NCBI GenBank assembly: GCA_031426255.1
Contig: JANPKW010000004.1
Location: forward strand, 26,886-90,885
Direction: 5' to 3'
DNA from: Gemmatimonadaceae bacterium
GTDB taxonomy: Bacteria; Gemmatimonadota; Gemmatimonadetes; Gemmatimonadales; Gemmatimonadaceae
Length of the DNA stretch: 64,000 nucleotides
In this document: in pieces, positions 36,357 through 45,431 of the stretch
Layout of the letters: the number at the start of each line of letters is the position of its first letter
How positions within the stretch are numbered: the stretch's first letter is position 1
Notes under the pieces: model-generated
What the model saw: the letters and a program-made list of their open reading frames with translations, nothing else
The model's database searches: none
What the model was told of the DNA's origin: nothing
Made by a program: the position numbers and the translations under genes

Positions 36357-36362
36357 GACGCG

Positions 36363-37040
36363 GTGTCAGTAAATCTCCCGAATGCAATAACGATCGGAAG
36401 GATACTGGTGGCGCCGCTCATCGCTGCACTGCCATTCATCAGCTCTCCTTTTGCGCGCATCGCGGCGTTTGTCATCTTCATCATAGCGGCGGTGTCAGAT
36501 TACGTGGACGGAATGCTCGCGCGCACTCACAACCTCGAGACAGATCTCGGCAGATTGCTCGATCCACTCGCTGATAAACTTTTGCTGTTCGCGACGTTGA
36601 TCCCGATGTTCGTGCTCATGTCGCCACCGACAGATTGGCTCGCCCCGGGTCGAGGCTCGTTCGATTCAGCGCACACATTCCCCTTTCAGACTCCGTTTGG
36701 AAACGTCACGCTGCCGTGGTGGATAGTGGGGATCGTGCTCGGGAGAGAGTTTTTCATGACAGTGTTCCGGCAGCTTGCTGCGAGAAAGGGAACGGTGATC
36801 GCAGCGATCGGCCCCGCCAAGTGGAAAACAGGGTTCCAATGGACGTGGGTGGGAACCGCTTACTTCTGGTTTTTCGCCTCGACTCTCGCATCGAGAAACG
36901 GATGGGAGAATAGTGCGTGGCAGGCGTTCGCCTGGTTCAATGGGTTGGTCGGCGTCACGACCATGGTAGCCGCTGTCGTGCTCACCATCTATTCCCTTGG
37001 CCTCTACATGAAGCGCTACGGCCGCGTCTTCGCGCACTGA
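36363..37040 (+). CDS. pgsA: CDP-alcohol phosphatidyltransferase (PgsA-like)
   Basis: NLPNAIT, SDYVDGMLAR...LGRLLDPLADK, GREFF, GKWKT-like PAKWKT. Confidence 0.88.
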   Translation: MSVNLPNAITIGRILVAPLIAALPFISSPFARIAAFVIFIIAAVSDYVDGMLARTHNLETDLGRLLDPLADKLLLFATLIPMFVLMSPPTDWLAPGRGSFDSAHTFPFQTPFGNVTLPWWIVGIVLGREFFMTVFRQLAARKGTVIAAIGPAKWKTGFQWTWVGTAYFWFFASTLASRNGWENSAWQAFAWFNGLVGVTTMVAAVVLTIYSLGLYMKRYGRVFAH

Positions 37041-37043
37041 CCG

Positions 37044-38300
37044 ATGAAGATCGAGATCGTTACCATCGGGGACGAGCTCCTTCTCGGATTTACGATCGAT
37101 ACAAATGCGGTGTGGCTTGCGCGCGAGCTCGCATCCATCGGCGTCGAGATCACGCATCGTGCAACCGTCGGTGACAATGCTGCTGACATCGCAGCCGCTG
37201 TCTCTCAGTCGATCGAGCGTACCGGTGCGGTAATAACCACTGGCGGACTCGGACCCACCGCCGATGACATGACGAAGTCATCGATTGCGACTCTCTTCGG
37301 GCGCACGATGTATCGGGACGAGGCGATCGTTGACGGAATGAAAGAGCGATGGGCGCGCTTGCGCCGGCCGGGGGGATTTCCCGAGTCCAACATCGCTCAG
37401 GCGATGATTCCAGAAGGGGCGGTCATACTCCCGAACCGGCATGGTTCGGCGCCGGGCATCTGGCTCGAGGACGAGAAAGGCCGCTGGGTCGCGATGTTAC
37501 CAGGCGTGCCACGTGAGATGCGCGGACTGTTTGCCGACGAGCTGTTCGAGAAAATCAGCACGCGCGCTGCAGAGCGTGGAGGACTCGCCGTGGTACGGTC
37601 GAGAACGCTGCGAACGACCGGCATTGCGGAGTCGGCGCTTGCCGACATGCTTGGTGATATGGCGCGCGGGGTGGAGGGTATGGGCCTCGCGTTTCTTCCC
37701 GGAGTCGAAGGTGTGGACCTGCGCGTCACGGCGAGGGGGCTTCCACCTTCGGAGGCCGATGAGAAGCTCGAAGCTGCCGTGGTGAAACTTCGCGCTGCCG
37801 TCGGACGATATGTCTTTGGCGAGGGTAGCGCCGATCTCGCGGAGATAATTCTCGATGCGAGCAGGAGACGCGGTGTCAGGATTGCTGTCGCGGAGAGCTG
37901 CACCGGCGGCATGCTTGGCGAGAGGCTAACAGCAGTTCCAGGATCGAGCGACGTGTTCGTGGGCGGTCTAATCGCTTATGACAATGCGGTGAAGCGCAGT
38001 TTGCTGGGAGTGACTGATGCAGAGCTCGACGAGTTCGGTGCGGTCAGTGAAGTGGTTGCGGCGAAAATGGCGAGATCAGTCCGCGAGATGCTGGGGACGG
38101 ATATCGGCATAGGGATAACTGGCGTCGCCGGCCCGGGTGGCGGTACTGCCGCGAAACCGGTTGGCATGGTGTGGATTGCGCAGGATGGGCTCGAAACCCA
38201 GGCTCACTGTCTGCGCTTGTTTGGAACGCGTGAAGAAGTCCGTCAAAGGGCTGCACAGGCCGCGCTCGATATGGTTCGGCGAGCCCTTCAATCAGGTTAA
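37044..38300 (+). CDS. cinA: Competence/damage-inducible protein A (MoeA-like + PncC domain)
   Basis: IGDELLLG..IDTN, TGGLGPTADD, GSAPG, LPGVPREM, AESCTGG, GAVSE, GITGVAGPGGG. Confidence 0.96.
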   Translation: MKIEIVTIGDELLLGFTIDTNAVWLARELASIGVEITHRATVGDNAADIAAAVSQSIERTGAVITTGGLGPTADDMTKSSIATLFGRTMYRDEAIVDGMKERWARLRRPGGFPESNIAQAMIPEGAVILPNRHGSAPGIWLEDEKGRWVAMLPGVPREMRGLFADELFEKISTRAAERGGLAVVRSRTLRTTGIAESALADMLGDMARGVEGMGLAFLPGVEGVDLRVTARGLPPSEADEKLEAAVVKLRAAVGRYVFGEGSADLAEIILDASRRRGVRIAVAESCTGGMLGERLTAVPGSSDVFVGGLIAYDNAVKRSLLGVTDAELDEFGAVSEVVAAKMARSVREMLGTDIGIGITGVAGPGGGTAAKPVGMVWIAQDGLETQAHCLRLFGTREEVRQRAAQAALDMVRRALQSG

Positions 38301-38309
38301 ATTCAAGAG

Positions 38310-38918
38310 ATGACAGAGAGCCATAGCACTAGTGATCCAAAGGTCAGCAGTCCCCTCGACACCGCCGCCGATGGTGCGTCGGATTTCGATGAGGTAACCG
38401 ACGTCGAGCTCGAGCCGGCGGTTGCTGCACAGGATTCAGCACAGGATACTGACGAGCGCATCTCGGAGCTGCAGCGCGAGCTGACGACAGAGCGTGACAA
38501 GTTCCTGAGACTTGCCGCTGAGTTCGACAATTTTCGCAAGCGCATGATGAAAGAACGGAGCGAAGCTGAGGTGCGCGGCCAGGCCGATCTGGTGAAGCAC
38601 CTGCTCGATCCGCTCGATGACATATCGCGGTTTGCCGATCTCGATCCTGCAGTTACGGAGTGCGCGACCGTTGTGCAGGGCGTAGACATGGTCGAGAAGA
38701 AACTCGACAAGCAGTTACGCGCCGCTGGTCTCGAGCCGCTGAATCCAGTGGAGGAGAAATTCGACCCGGCCATGCACGAGGCTGTCGCGACCGAGCCTGC
38801 GAAGAGCGCCGAACTCGACGGGACCGTGTCACAGGTCTATCAGGTTGGTTACACCTTCAAGGGGCAGCTGCTGAGGCCGGCCAGGGTGGTCGTCCGACAG
38901 CATTCAGGCTCCCGCTGA
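38310..38918 (+). CDS. grpE: Nucleotide exchange factor GrpE
   Basis: LRLAAEFDNFRKR, FDPAMHEAV, QVGYTFKGQLLRPARVVV. Confidence 0.96.
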   Translation: MTESHSTSDPKVSSPLDTAADGASDFDEVTDVELEPAVAAQDSAQDTDERISELQRELTTERDKFLRLAAEFDNFRKRMMKERSEAEVRGQADLVKHLLDPLDDISRFADLDPAVTECATVVQGVDMVEKKLDKQLRAAGLEPLNPVEEKFDPAMHEAVATEPAKSAELDGTVSQVYQVGYTFKGQLLRPARVVVRQHSGSR

Positions 38919-38929
38919 GCCGAAGGTAA

Positions 38930-40063
38930 ATGGCCCCGACAAAGGACTTCTACGCGGTGATGGGAGTTCCGTCAACGGCTACCCAGGACGAAATCAAGAA
39001 GGCGTATCGGAAGCTCGCCAAGAAATACCATCCCGATGCGAATGCCAGCGATCCGAAGGCCGCAGACCGCTTCAAGGAAATCTCTGAGGCGAACAACGTC
39101 CTCGGCGACATCGAGAAGCGCAAGCAGTACGATGACATGCGGCGGCTCGGTGCGTTTGGCGGCTTTGGTGGCTTCGGAGGAGCAACAACACGCCCGGGTT
39201 CATCGCAGCGTCCAACGGGCGGTTCAAGCTCGAATGTGAACTACCAGGACTTCGATGTCGGAGGCCTTGGGGGGCTGGGTGATCTCTTCGGCTCGATATT
39301 CGGTGGAGGCGCACGCTCGCAATCGCGTCCATCGGGCCCGCAACGCGGTCAGAACATCGAAACAAGCCTGGAGATTCCTTTCCGCACTGCAGCACGAGGC
39401 GGAAAAGTCCCGGTGGAGATAGAGGTTAACGAGGAGTGTGGTACCTGCCGGGGGAGCGGCGCGGCTCCCGGGGCAACGACTAAGACGTGCCCCGAATGCT
39501 CGGGCCGGGGGTCAGTATCATTTGGGCAGGGCGGTTTCGCCGTCAACCGTCCGTGCCCGGTCTGTCTCGGAAGAGGTCAGGTTCCGTCACAGCCATGCCC
39601 GACCTGCGCGGGTGCCGGGGAAGTTCGCACGCGCAAGAAGGTTCTCATCACCGTTCCACCCGGGGTCGATACAGGTTCGAAGATCAGACTCAAGGGGCAG
39701 GGCGGAAAAGGCTCCAACAACGGGCCTCCCGGTGACCTCCTGATAACGTTTAACGTCGGCACTGACAAATTTTACCAGCGGCAGGGTCTCGATGTCATCG
39801 CGAGCCTGCCTCTCAACATCGCGCAGGCGACGCTGGGCTCAAAGGTCAGTGTAACTACCCTTGATGCAAAAAAAGTGGTCATCAAGATTCCGCCTGGAAC
39901 TGCTTCGGGAAAACGGTTCCGGGTTCGCGGGCAGGGAATTCGCAAGGGAGCGCAGGTAGGCGACCTGATCGTCGAAGTGAAGATCGAGGCGCCGGAAAAA
40001 CTTTCCGAGGAGCAACAGCGGATCATGCGCGAATTTGCAGAAGCAGGGGGTATGAAGTATTAG
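38930..40063 (+). CDS. dnaJ: Chaperone DnaJ
   Basis: J-domain with HPD, G/F-rich region, four CxxCxGxG repeats, C-terminal domain (GDLL, GDLIV). Confidence 0.96.
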   Translation: MAPTKDFYAVMGVPSTATQDEIKKAYRKLAKKYHPDANASDPKAADRFKEISEANNVLGDIEKRKQYDDMRRLGAFGGFGGFGGATTRPGSSQRPTGGSSSNVNYQDFDVGGLGGLGDLFGSIFGGGARSQSRPSGPQRGQNIETSLEIPFRTAARGGKVPVEIEVNEECGTCRGSGAAPGATTKTCPECSGRGSVSFGQGGFAVNRPCPVCLGRGQVPSQPCPTCAGAGEVRTRKKVLITVPPGVDTGSKIRLKGQGGKGSNNGPPGDLLITFNVGTDKFYQRQGLDVIASLPLNIAQATLGSKVSVTTLDAKKVVIKIPPGTASGKRFRVRGQGIRKGAQVGDLIVEVKIEAPEKLSEEQQRIMREFAEAGGMKY

Positions 40064-40070
40064 CCCAGAT

Positions 40071-40784
40071 GTGAGGGCTAATGCTGCGGTTTTCGCTGGC
40101 GCGTTTCTGGTGGCGCTGCTGTACGCGACCAAACCTGATGACGGCCACATTGCCATCATCAGGCCGGGGGATGTCATCGCCCCTACACCTGACACGACAG
40201 TTGCGCGCACTGACACGACCCGCACTGACACAACTCAGGCAGCGATCGTCAAGAGTGACTCAGTTCTTTTCGATGCGATCGGGGATACGCTAGTGCCACC
40301 CGTAGCTCCGCTCGCCGCGGTTCCCACATCCGACATTGCTGCGCTTCGGGCGCAGTCACCACAGGTGCCTGTTGCTGGAATCGCGGTGAAAGATCTCGTC
40401 GACAGTTTTCTCGATCGCCGCGGATCGACGCGTCAGCACAACGCCATGGACATCATGGCTGCTCGCAATACCCCGGCTGTTGCTACCGTGGCCGGTACGA
40501 TCGTCAAGCTTCACAACAGCGTCGCAGGCGGCCTTTCGATCTACATGAGGGACCAGTCGTCACGATTCATGTTCATGTACGGGCATCTCGAGAGTTATCG
40601 TCCGGGCCTCGCAGAAGGCGCAAACGTACGCCGTGGCGAGATCATCGGATTCGTCGGAACATCGGGCAATGCGAACCCGACAGCTCCTCATCTTCACTTT
40701 CAAGTGATGCGCGCCGACAATCCCAGCCAGTGGTGGAAAGGAACGCCAGTTAATCCGTTCCTGCTTTATCGGCCTGCGAAGTAG
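40071..40784 (+). CDS. M23 family metallopeptidase
   Basis: HNAMD (HxxxD), YGHL, GTSGNA...PHLHF, PVNP; N-terminal hydrophobic anchor. Confidence 0.92.
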   Translation: MRANAAVFAGAFLVALLYATKPDDGHIAIIRPGDVIAPTPDTTVARTDTTRTDTTQAAIVKSDSVLFDAIGDTLVPPVAPLAAVPTSDIAALRAQSPQVPVAGIAVKDLVDSFLDRRGSTRQHNAMDIMAARNTPAVATVAGTIVKLHNSVAGGLSIYMRDQSSRFMFMYGHLESYRPGLAEGANVRRGEIIGFVGTSGNANPTAPHLHFQVMRADNPSQWWKGTPVNPFLLYRPAK

Positions 40785-41343
40785 CCGGTACCTCAGGTTC
40801 CGTAGTCTGAAGGGCCGGGTTGGCGCATGATGCCGATTTGTCGGCGGCAGTAATCCTGGCCGCTGCTTCTGCAACATCCAGTTCAGTTCCCTCGAGCTTG
40901 ATCGACCTGCTCTGGCTACCGGTTGTGCTGATGTATGCTCCCGCTCCGAGATACGGTAGGCTGATCTCGAGCGCGCGCTCAGAGCTCAGGCAGGCCAGCT
41001 TCACAACCTGCGTCGTTGGCGGGTCGCCCTCGAAGAATGCTTCGAACCCAATGGCAGTTACCCCGACGGCAACAAGAGCGAGGCCGACGCGTGCGACCCG
41101 TGCGATACGGCGCCGCCTTCGGAACATTGAGTCTGCCGCATTCCTCGCAACGGCCTGTGGCGTTGCACGCGGTCCAAACTGGTCGAGGACGGAAGCTAGG
41201 CCGTTTTCGGCATATTGCAGATCATGAACAACGCGCCGGCACGCGTCGCAGGTCGAGTAGTGGGTTGCGACTGGTGATCCGGACCGGATGTCCGAGAGAC
41301 GACTCGTGGACAACGCATTCAGGCATTCATTACATGTGATCAT
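40750..41343 (-). CDS. Putative zinc-binding (ZAS) anti-sigma factor with TM helix and extracytoplasmic domain
   Basis: N-terminal C..C and HYSTCDAC (HxxxCxxC), RRRRR plus TM helix, ATGA overlap with the upstream ECF sigma gene. Start placed at 41343. Confidence 0.75.
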   Translation of the reverse strand: MITCNECLNALSTSRLSDIRSGSPVATHYSTCDACRRVVHDLQYAENGLASVLDQFGPRATPQAVARNAADSMFRRRRRIARVARVGLALVAVGVTAIGFEAFFEGDPPTTQVVKLACLSSERALEISLPYLGAGAYISTTGSQSRSIKLEGTELDVAEAAARITAADKSASCANPALQTTEPEVPATSQADKAGTD

Positions 41344-41969
41344 CGGTCGATCTCTTTCCATGCCGGATGAGTCTCGAGCAAGTGAGCGCGTATCGAAGCC
41401 CGCGCCTTGTACAGATTGGCACGCACGGCATTCGGCCTCGCTCCAATCAGCTTTGCGACTTCGAGCGGATCATTCCCCTGGAGGTCGACAAGGTCGAATA
41501 CCTCGCGCTGGCGTGGGGGAAGTGAAAGAAAGAAGTGATGGATGTATGCAGCTACGCGTTCACGGTCTACGCGAGCGCCCGGGTCTGTCACATAGACGGT
41601 AGCCATACCCGGGATTTCAGACTCTGTCAGGGATCTGCGGCGCTTGCTCCGCCGCTTTCTTCCGAGCGCAACATTCCGCGTAATCAGGTATACCCATCCC
41701 TCGAGAGCCTCCTTGCCTCGGTACTGATGCAGCCGCCTGTGCACGAGGACAAAAGTCTCCTGTGTAATCTCCTCCGCCTCGTCGGCATCGCGGGCAAACG
41801 ACAGAGCCCAGCGAAACACCAGCGGATGCAGCGCCGCGACGAGTTCGGCGAACGCCTCGTGGTCACCTTCGCGGGCCAGCTCGATTGACGCCAGCAGCAT
41901 CCCGACCCGGTCACTGGGAGCTCGCTCAACCGGCATTGATTGCTCTCTATCGGCTAGTGTGTCCATCAT
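41340..41969 (-). CDS. ECF (sigma-70 family) RNA polymerase sigma factor
   Basis: Region 2 (AEEITQETFVLV, EGWVYLITRN) and region 4 (LPPRQREVFDLVDLQG...EVAKLIG...VRANLYKAR). Confidence 0.93.
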   Translation of the reverse strand: MMDTLADREQSMPVERAPSDRVGMLLASIELAREGDHEAFAELVAALHPLVFRWALSFARDADEAEEITQETFVLVHRRLHQYRGKEALEGWVYLITRNVALGRKRRSKRRRSLTESEIPGMATVYVTDPGARVDRERVAAYIHHFFLSLPPRQREVFDLVDLQGNDPLEVAKLIGARPNAVRANLYKARASIRAHLLETHPAWKEIDR

Positions 41970-42033
41970 CCTGACACAATGATGTCACGAGTCGCGCCAG
42001 CGTTAACTCGCGGGCGGAATCCATTTACCGCCG

Positions 42034-43137
42034 TCAGGCCGCGAGTATTGGCAGTGGTGAGCGGATCGCGGTAACCGCCGTCTCTATGAATCCTCCGCCG
42101 AGGACGCGCTGCCCGTCATACAGGACCACCGATTGCCCTGGGGTGATCGCGGAAACCGGCTCATCGAGCGCAATCTCGATCTCGTCTCCGTCGCACCGAA
42201 TCAACTCGCCTGCGACCACGGGCGCGCGATGCCTGACTCTGACGCCAACGGTATCGCCGATCATTGGCTGTGGCGCCAGCCAGTTTACTTCGCGTGCAAT
42301 CAAACCGCGGCCGAGGAGCTCTTTGCGGGGTCCGATGATGACGGCGCGGTCGGCGGGTCTGATGGCAATGACGTACATCGGGATTGGGAACCCTCCCGGG
42401 AGTCCACGCCGCTGTCCGATCGTGAAGCCGGCGAAGCCTTCGTGCTCTCCAACCCGATGCCCGTCCGATGTCACGATCGGTCCGCGTGATAAAGCGGGGG
42501 AATCAGCGGATAGACGCTCTCGAAGGATCTTCATGTAGTCTCCATCGGGAACGAAACAGATCTCCTGGCTTTCGGGTTTATCGGCGACGACTGACAGTCC
42601 CAGCTTGGCCGCAAGCGCGCGCGTCTCGGGTTTTGTGGAATCGCCAACGGGAAGCAGCATGCGGGAAAGCACGGACCTGTCTATTCCCCAGAGGAAATAC
42701 GTCTGGTCCTTGTTGTCATCCCTGCCGCGGTGCATTTCGCCGTCGACCGCTCGCGCGTAGTGGCCCGTAGCGATCCATCGCGCGTCGATTGAGTCGGCTT
42801 TGGCGACGAGATCCCGGAACTTGGTGAACGTGTTGCAGCGCACACATGGAATCGGAGTGCGGCCAATCGAGTATTCACTTACGAAGTCATCGATCACGTC
42901 GTGGCCGAATCGAGTCTCCATGTTGATGACGTAGTGCGGAACTCCGAGTTGCTCGCAGACCCTGCGTGCATCGTTGACCGAATCGAGTGAGCAGCACGGG
43001 CGGTCAGGCACATCGTCACCGTGGCAAAAGAGCTTCATGGTCGCCCCGACAACGTCGTACCCCTGCTGGACGAGGAGTGCCGCGGCTACCGACGAATCGA
43101 CACCGCCGGACATGGCGACAAGGACTCTTTCCTTCAT
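42034..43137 (-). CDS. mnmA: tRNA 2-thiouridine(34) synthase
   Basis: AMSGGVDSSVAA, TPIPCVRCN, ATGHYAR, KDQTYFL, ESQEICF, TIGQRRGL, TPGQSVVLY. Confidence 0.98.
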   Translation of the reverse strand: MKERVLVAMSGGVDSSVAAALLVQQGYDVVGATMKLFCHGDDVPDRPCCSLDSVNDARRVCEQLGVPHYVINMETRFGHDVIDDFVSEYSIGRTPIPCVRCNTFTKFRDLVAKADSIDARWIATGHYARAVDGEMHRGRDDNKDQTYFLWGIDRSVLSRMLLPVGDSTKPETRALAAKLGLSVVADKPESQEICFVPDGDYMKILRERLSADSPALSRGPIVTSDGHRVGEHEGFAGFTIGQRRGLPGGFPIPMYVIAIRPADRAVIIGPRKELLGRGLIAREVNWLAPQPMIGDTVGVRVRHRAPVVAGELIRCDGDEIEIALDEPVSAITPGQSVVLYDGQRVLGGGFIETAVTAIRSPLPILAA

Positions 43138-43143
43138 CTGCAG

Positions 43144-44307
43144 CTAACCAGCTTTTGCGAGCTGGCGCGCCTTGTGAGCGAGGGCCGGGAATACTTCGGC
43201 GACGCGGTCGATACACGCGTCGTCGGTGAGAGAGCCGATGCTCATCCTGATCGCAGCCGTTGCGATCTCACGCGGGACGCCAAGCGCAATGAGGACATGA
43301 GATGCGGAGACGCTACCGCTCTGGCACGCTGAACCACCTGACGCCGCGATTCCTTTCAGGTCGAGAGCCATGAGCATCGACTCCGCCTCAGTGCCTGGAA
43401 CCGAAACGTTGAGTACGTGTGGTGCGCGATCGGCTCCGCGTCCATGAATGATTGCGTCGGGAACTTTGTCGAGTATGGCTTCCTCGAGACGGTCGCGCAT
43501 CCGCCGCAAGCGCGCGCATTCCACATCGTGTTCGGCGAGCGTAAGCTCTGCCGCTTTTGCGAGCGCTACGGCGTACGCGACATTCTCAGTTCCCGGCCGG
43601 CGCCCGCGATCCTGCGACCCTCCATGCATCAGTGGCTGCAGGTTTGTGCCGCGGCGGATGAACAGTGCGCCGATCCCCTTTGGCGCACCGATCTTGTGAC
43701 CGGAAATCGCAAGCAGGTCGAACTGCTGAGTCGCGGCATCGATGTGCACCTTTCCAAACGCCTGCACGGCATCGGTGTGCATCATCGCGCCTTTCGCCTT
43801 CGCACGCCCGGCCAAATCTGGCAGCGACTGAATTGTGCCGATCTCGTTGTTGACCCACATCACGGAACAGATCGCAACGTTTGCATCCACTAGCGCGTCG
43901 TAGGAGTCGTTCTCGACGACGCCGTTGCTGTCGACGCGTACTATCCTTTCCTCCGCGCCTTCGGCAGCCGCCTGGTGCACCGCGCCGAGTATCGCCTTGT
44001 GCTCGATCGGAGTCGTTACGACGGCGTTCCTGCCGGAGTTGCGAGCCTGTCTCCAGGATCCCAGAATCGCCAGGTTGTCCCCTTCGGTGCCGCCTGACGT
44101 GAAGCAGACCTCATCTGGCCGGGCTCCGAGGCAGGTCGCGACCCGCTCCCTGGCTTCGTCCAGCGCCGCACGCGCTTCGCGTCCCCACCGGTGGGTGCTG
44201 GAGGGGTTCCCGAAGCGGGGCCCGAAGAACGGCTTCATCGCTTCGAAAACTTCTTCGCGCACCGGGGTAGTTGCCGCGTGATCGAGGTAGATCGGCTCGG
44301 GCTTCAT
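43144..44307 (-). CDS. iscS: Cysteine desulfurase (IscS/NifS type)
   Basis: YLDHAATTP, GNPSS, FTSGGTE, NNEIG, HTDAVQ, SGHKIGAPKG, SGGSACQSG. Symbol is family-level. Confidence 0.93.
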   Translation of the reverse strand: MKPEPIYLDHAATTPVREEVFEAMKPFFGPRFGNPSSTHRWGREARAALDEARERVATCLGARPDEVCFTSGGTEGDNLAILGSWRQARNSGRNAVVTTPIEHKAILGAVHQAAAEGAEERIVRVDSNGVVENDSYDALVDANVAICSVMWVNNEIGTIQSLPDLAGRAKAKGAMMHTDAVQAFGKVHIDAATQQFDLLAISGHKIGAPKGIGALFIRRGTNLQPLMHGGSQDRGRRPGTENVAYAVALAKAAELTLAEHDVECARLRRMRDRLEEAILDKVPDAIIHGRGADRAPHVLNVSVPGTEAESMLMALDLKGIAASGGSACQSGSVSASHVLIALGVPREIATAAIRMSIGSLTDDACIDRVAEVFPALAHKARQLAKAG

Positions 44308-44370
44308 CCCTATGAAGCTAAAACCTCAGGGGGCCGCGGGCGAGTTTTCACCATTCGGAACCGCGGGAAA

Positions 44371-44635
44371 TACACGGGAAGGGAGTTTTTGAAGTGCCAG
44401 GAGTTATTGAAGGGGATATTCGATTATCACGTGATGAATCGGGACCTCGATCTCTGCTTTTTAGGGTTAAGAACGGTTCATTTGGCAAACGGCATGGCCG
44501 AGATTGGCCAAGCTCGTCGTAGTCCCGCAGTTACCGAAAAAAAGTCGCGAAGCTTGGAGCGGCGCGACGTGGCTAGCCTTGGCCAGCATCCCCTTCAATA
44601 CCTCCTGGCACTTCAAAACCTCCTTTCCCCGTGTA
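44371..44635. mobile_element. MITE-like non-coding element with 47/48-bp imperfect terminal inverted repeats
   Basis: Arms 44371-44417 and 44588-44635 match at 44 of 48 positions (3 mismatches, 1 indel); outer ends TA...TA; lower GC than flanking genes; no transposase. The inverted repeat is certain, mobility is inferred. Confidence 0.6.
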
Positions 44636-44687
44636 CTTAAAGCCACTGTCGATAAGACCAATATGCGGAACTCCCTTGTCGGCGCTC

Positions 44688-45431
44688 TCAACCTTTGAAG
44701 AACTTGCTCCGCACTGCCCAAAGGTCCGGGAAGAACTTCTGCGATACAGTCCGCTGCAGGTAGCGTGAGCCAAGAGTGCCGCCCGTTCCACCGGTCAGCG
44801 GGCCGATGATGCGTTCGACGAGCTGCACGTGCAGGAACCGCCACATCGAAAAACCCTGTTCGTACTCGAGCAACCCTTCCGCGAGCATCTGAAGGGCGGG
44901 GTGGGCGTCCTCCGTGTAGATCTGCTCCAGTGTCACTTCGTGATGTTTGAGCATCTGATTGAATTGCTCCTGGAGCGGGGGCTGCTCGAGCGCCTGCTGG
45001 ATTCGGTGCGGGATCGGCCCGTGCTCCTCGAGCACGTTGATGAAGTGCTGGTCTCTGAGGCCGGAGATCGCCTCGATCGCTCGAAACTGGATGCTCTGGG
45101 AGCCACTCGACGTGCCTAGATATCCGCGAAACTGCGCGAAACGCTGTGGCGGCAGGGTTTCCAGCGCGGCAAGCTGCGACGTAACGATCCCCATCAGCGC
45201 GTTCACACGCTTGAGCGACGTCAACGCCCCAAGTGGGTCATTGCTTCGCATCCGCGCGCTCAATCCGTCGAGCTCATGCAGAATGAGCTTGAACCACAGC
45301 TCACTGGCCTGATGAACCACGATGAACAAGAGCTCATCCGGGTGCTCAGGCTCCGACTTCAGTCGCTGGAGTGAAAGAAGTTCGTCGAGGGCGAGGTATC
45401 TCGGGTACGTCAGCTCGTCGTCTGCGCTCAA
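44688..45431 (-). CDS. kynA: Tryptophan 2,3-dioxygenase family protein
   Basis: YLALDELLSLQ, DELLFIVVHQASELWFK, QSIQFRAIE, WRFLHVQLVERIIG, GTGGTLGSRYL. Confidence 0.93.
   Translation of the reverse strand: MSADDELTYPRYLALDELLSLQRLKSEPEHPDELLFIVVHQASELWFKLILHELDGLSARMRSNDPLGALTSLKRVNALMGIVTSQLAALETLPPQRFAQFRGYLGTSSGSQSIQFRAIEAISGLRDQHFINVLEEHGPIPHRIQQALEQPPLQEQFNQMLKHHEVTLEQIYTEDAHPALQMLAEGLLEYEQGFSMWRFLHVQLVERIIGPLTGGTGGTLGSRYLQRTVSQKFFPDLWAVRSKFFKG

Noticed and set aside
38280-38340. CIRCE/HrcA operator before grpE-dnaJ
   Set aside because: No TTAGCACTC-N9-GAGTGCTAA palindrome; grpE follows cinA by 9 nt.
44366-44373. GGAAATAC shared by all three non-coding elements (8124, 20880, 44366) as proof of a single family
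   Set aside because: The octamer also occurs inside priA and dnaX and is expected about once per window by chance. It supports the 8.1-kb/44-kb link only together with the longer alignment, and it does not link the 20.8-kb element.
44191-44844. ORFs spanning the 44.4-kb element (44191-44640 +, 44467-44844 -)
   Set aside because: They overlap iscS or kynA, and their shared LKCQE.LKG peptide is simply the two inverted-repeat arms translated. There is no transposase motif.
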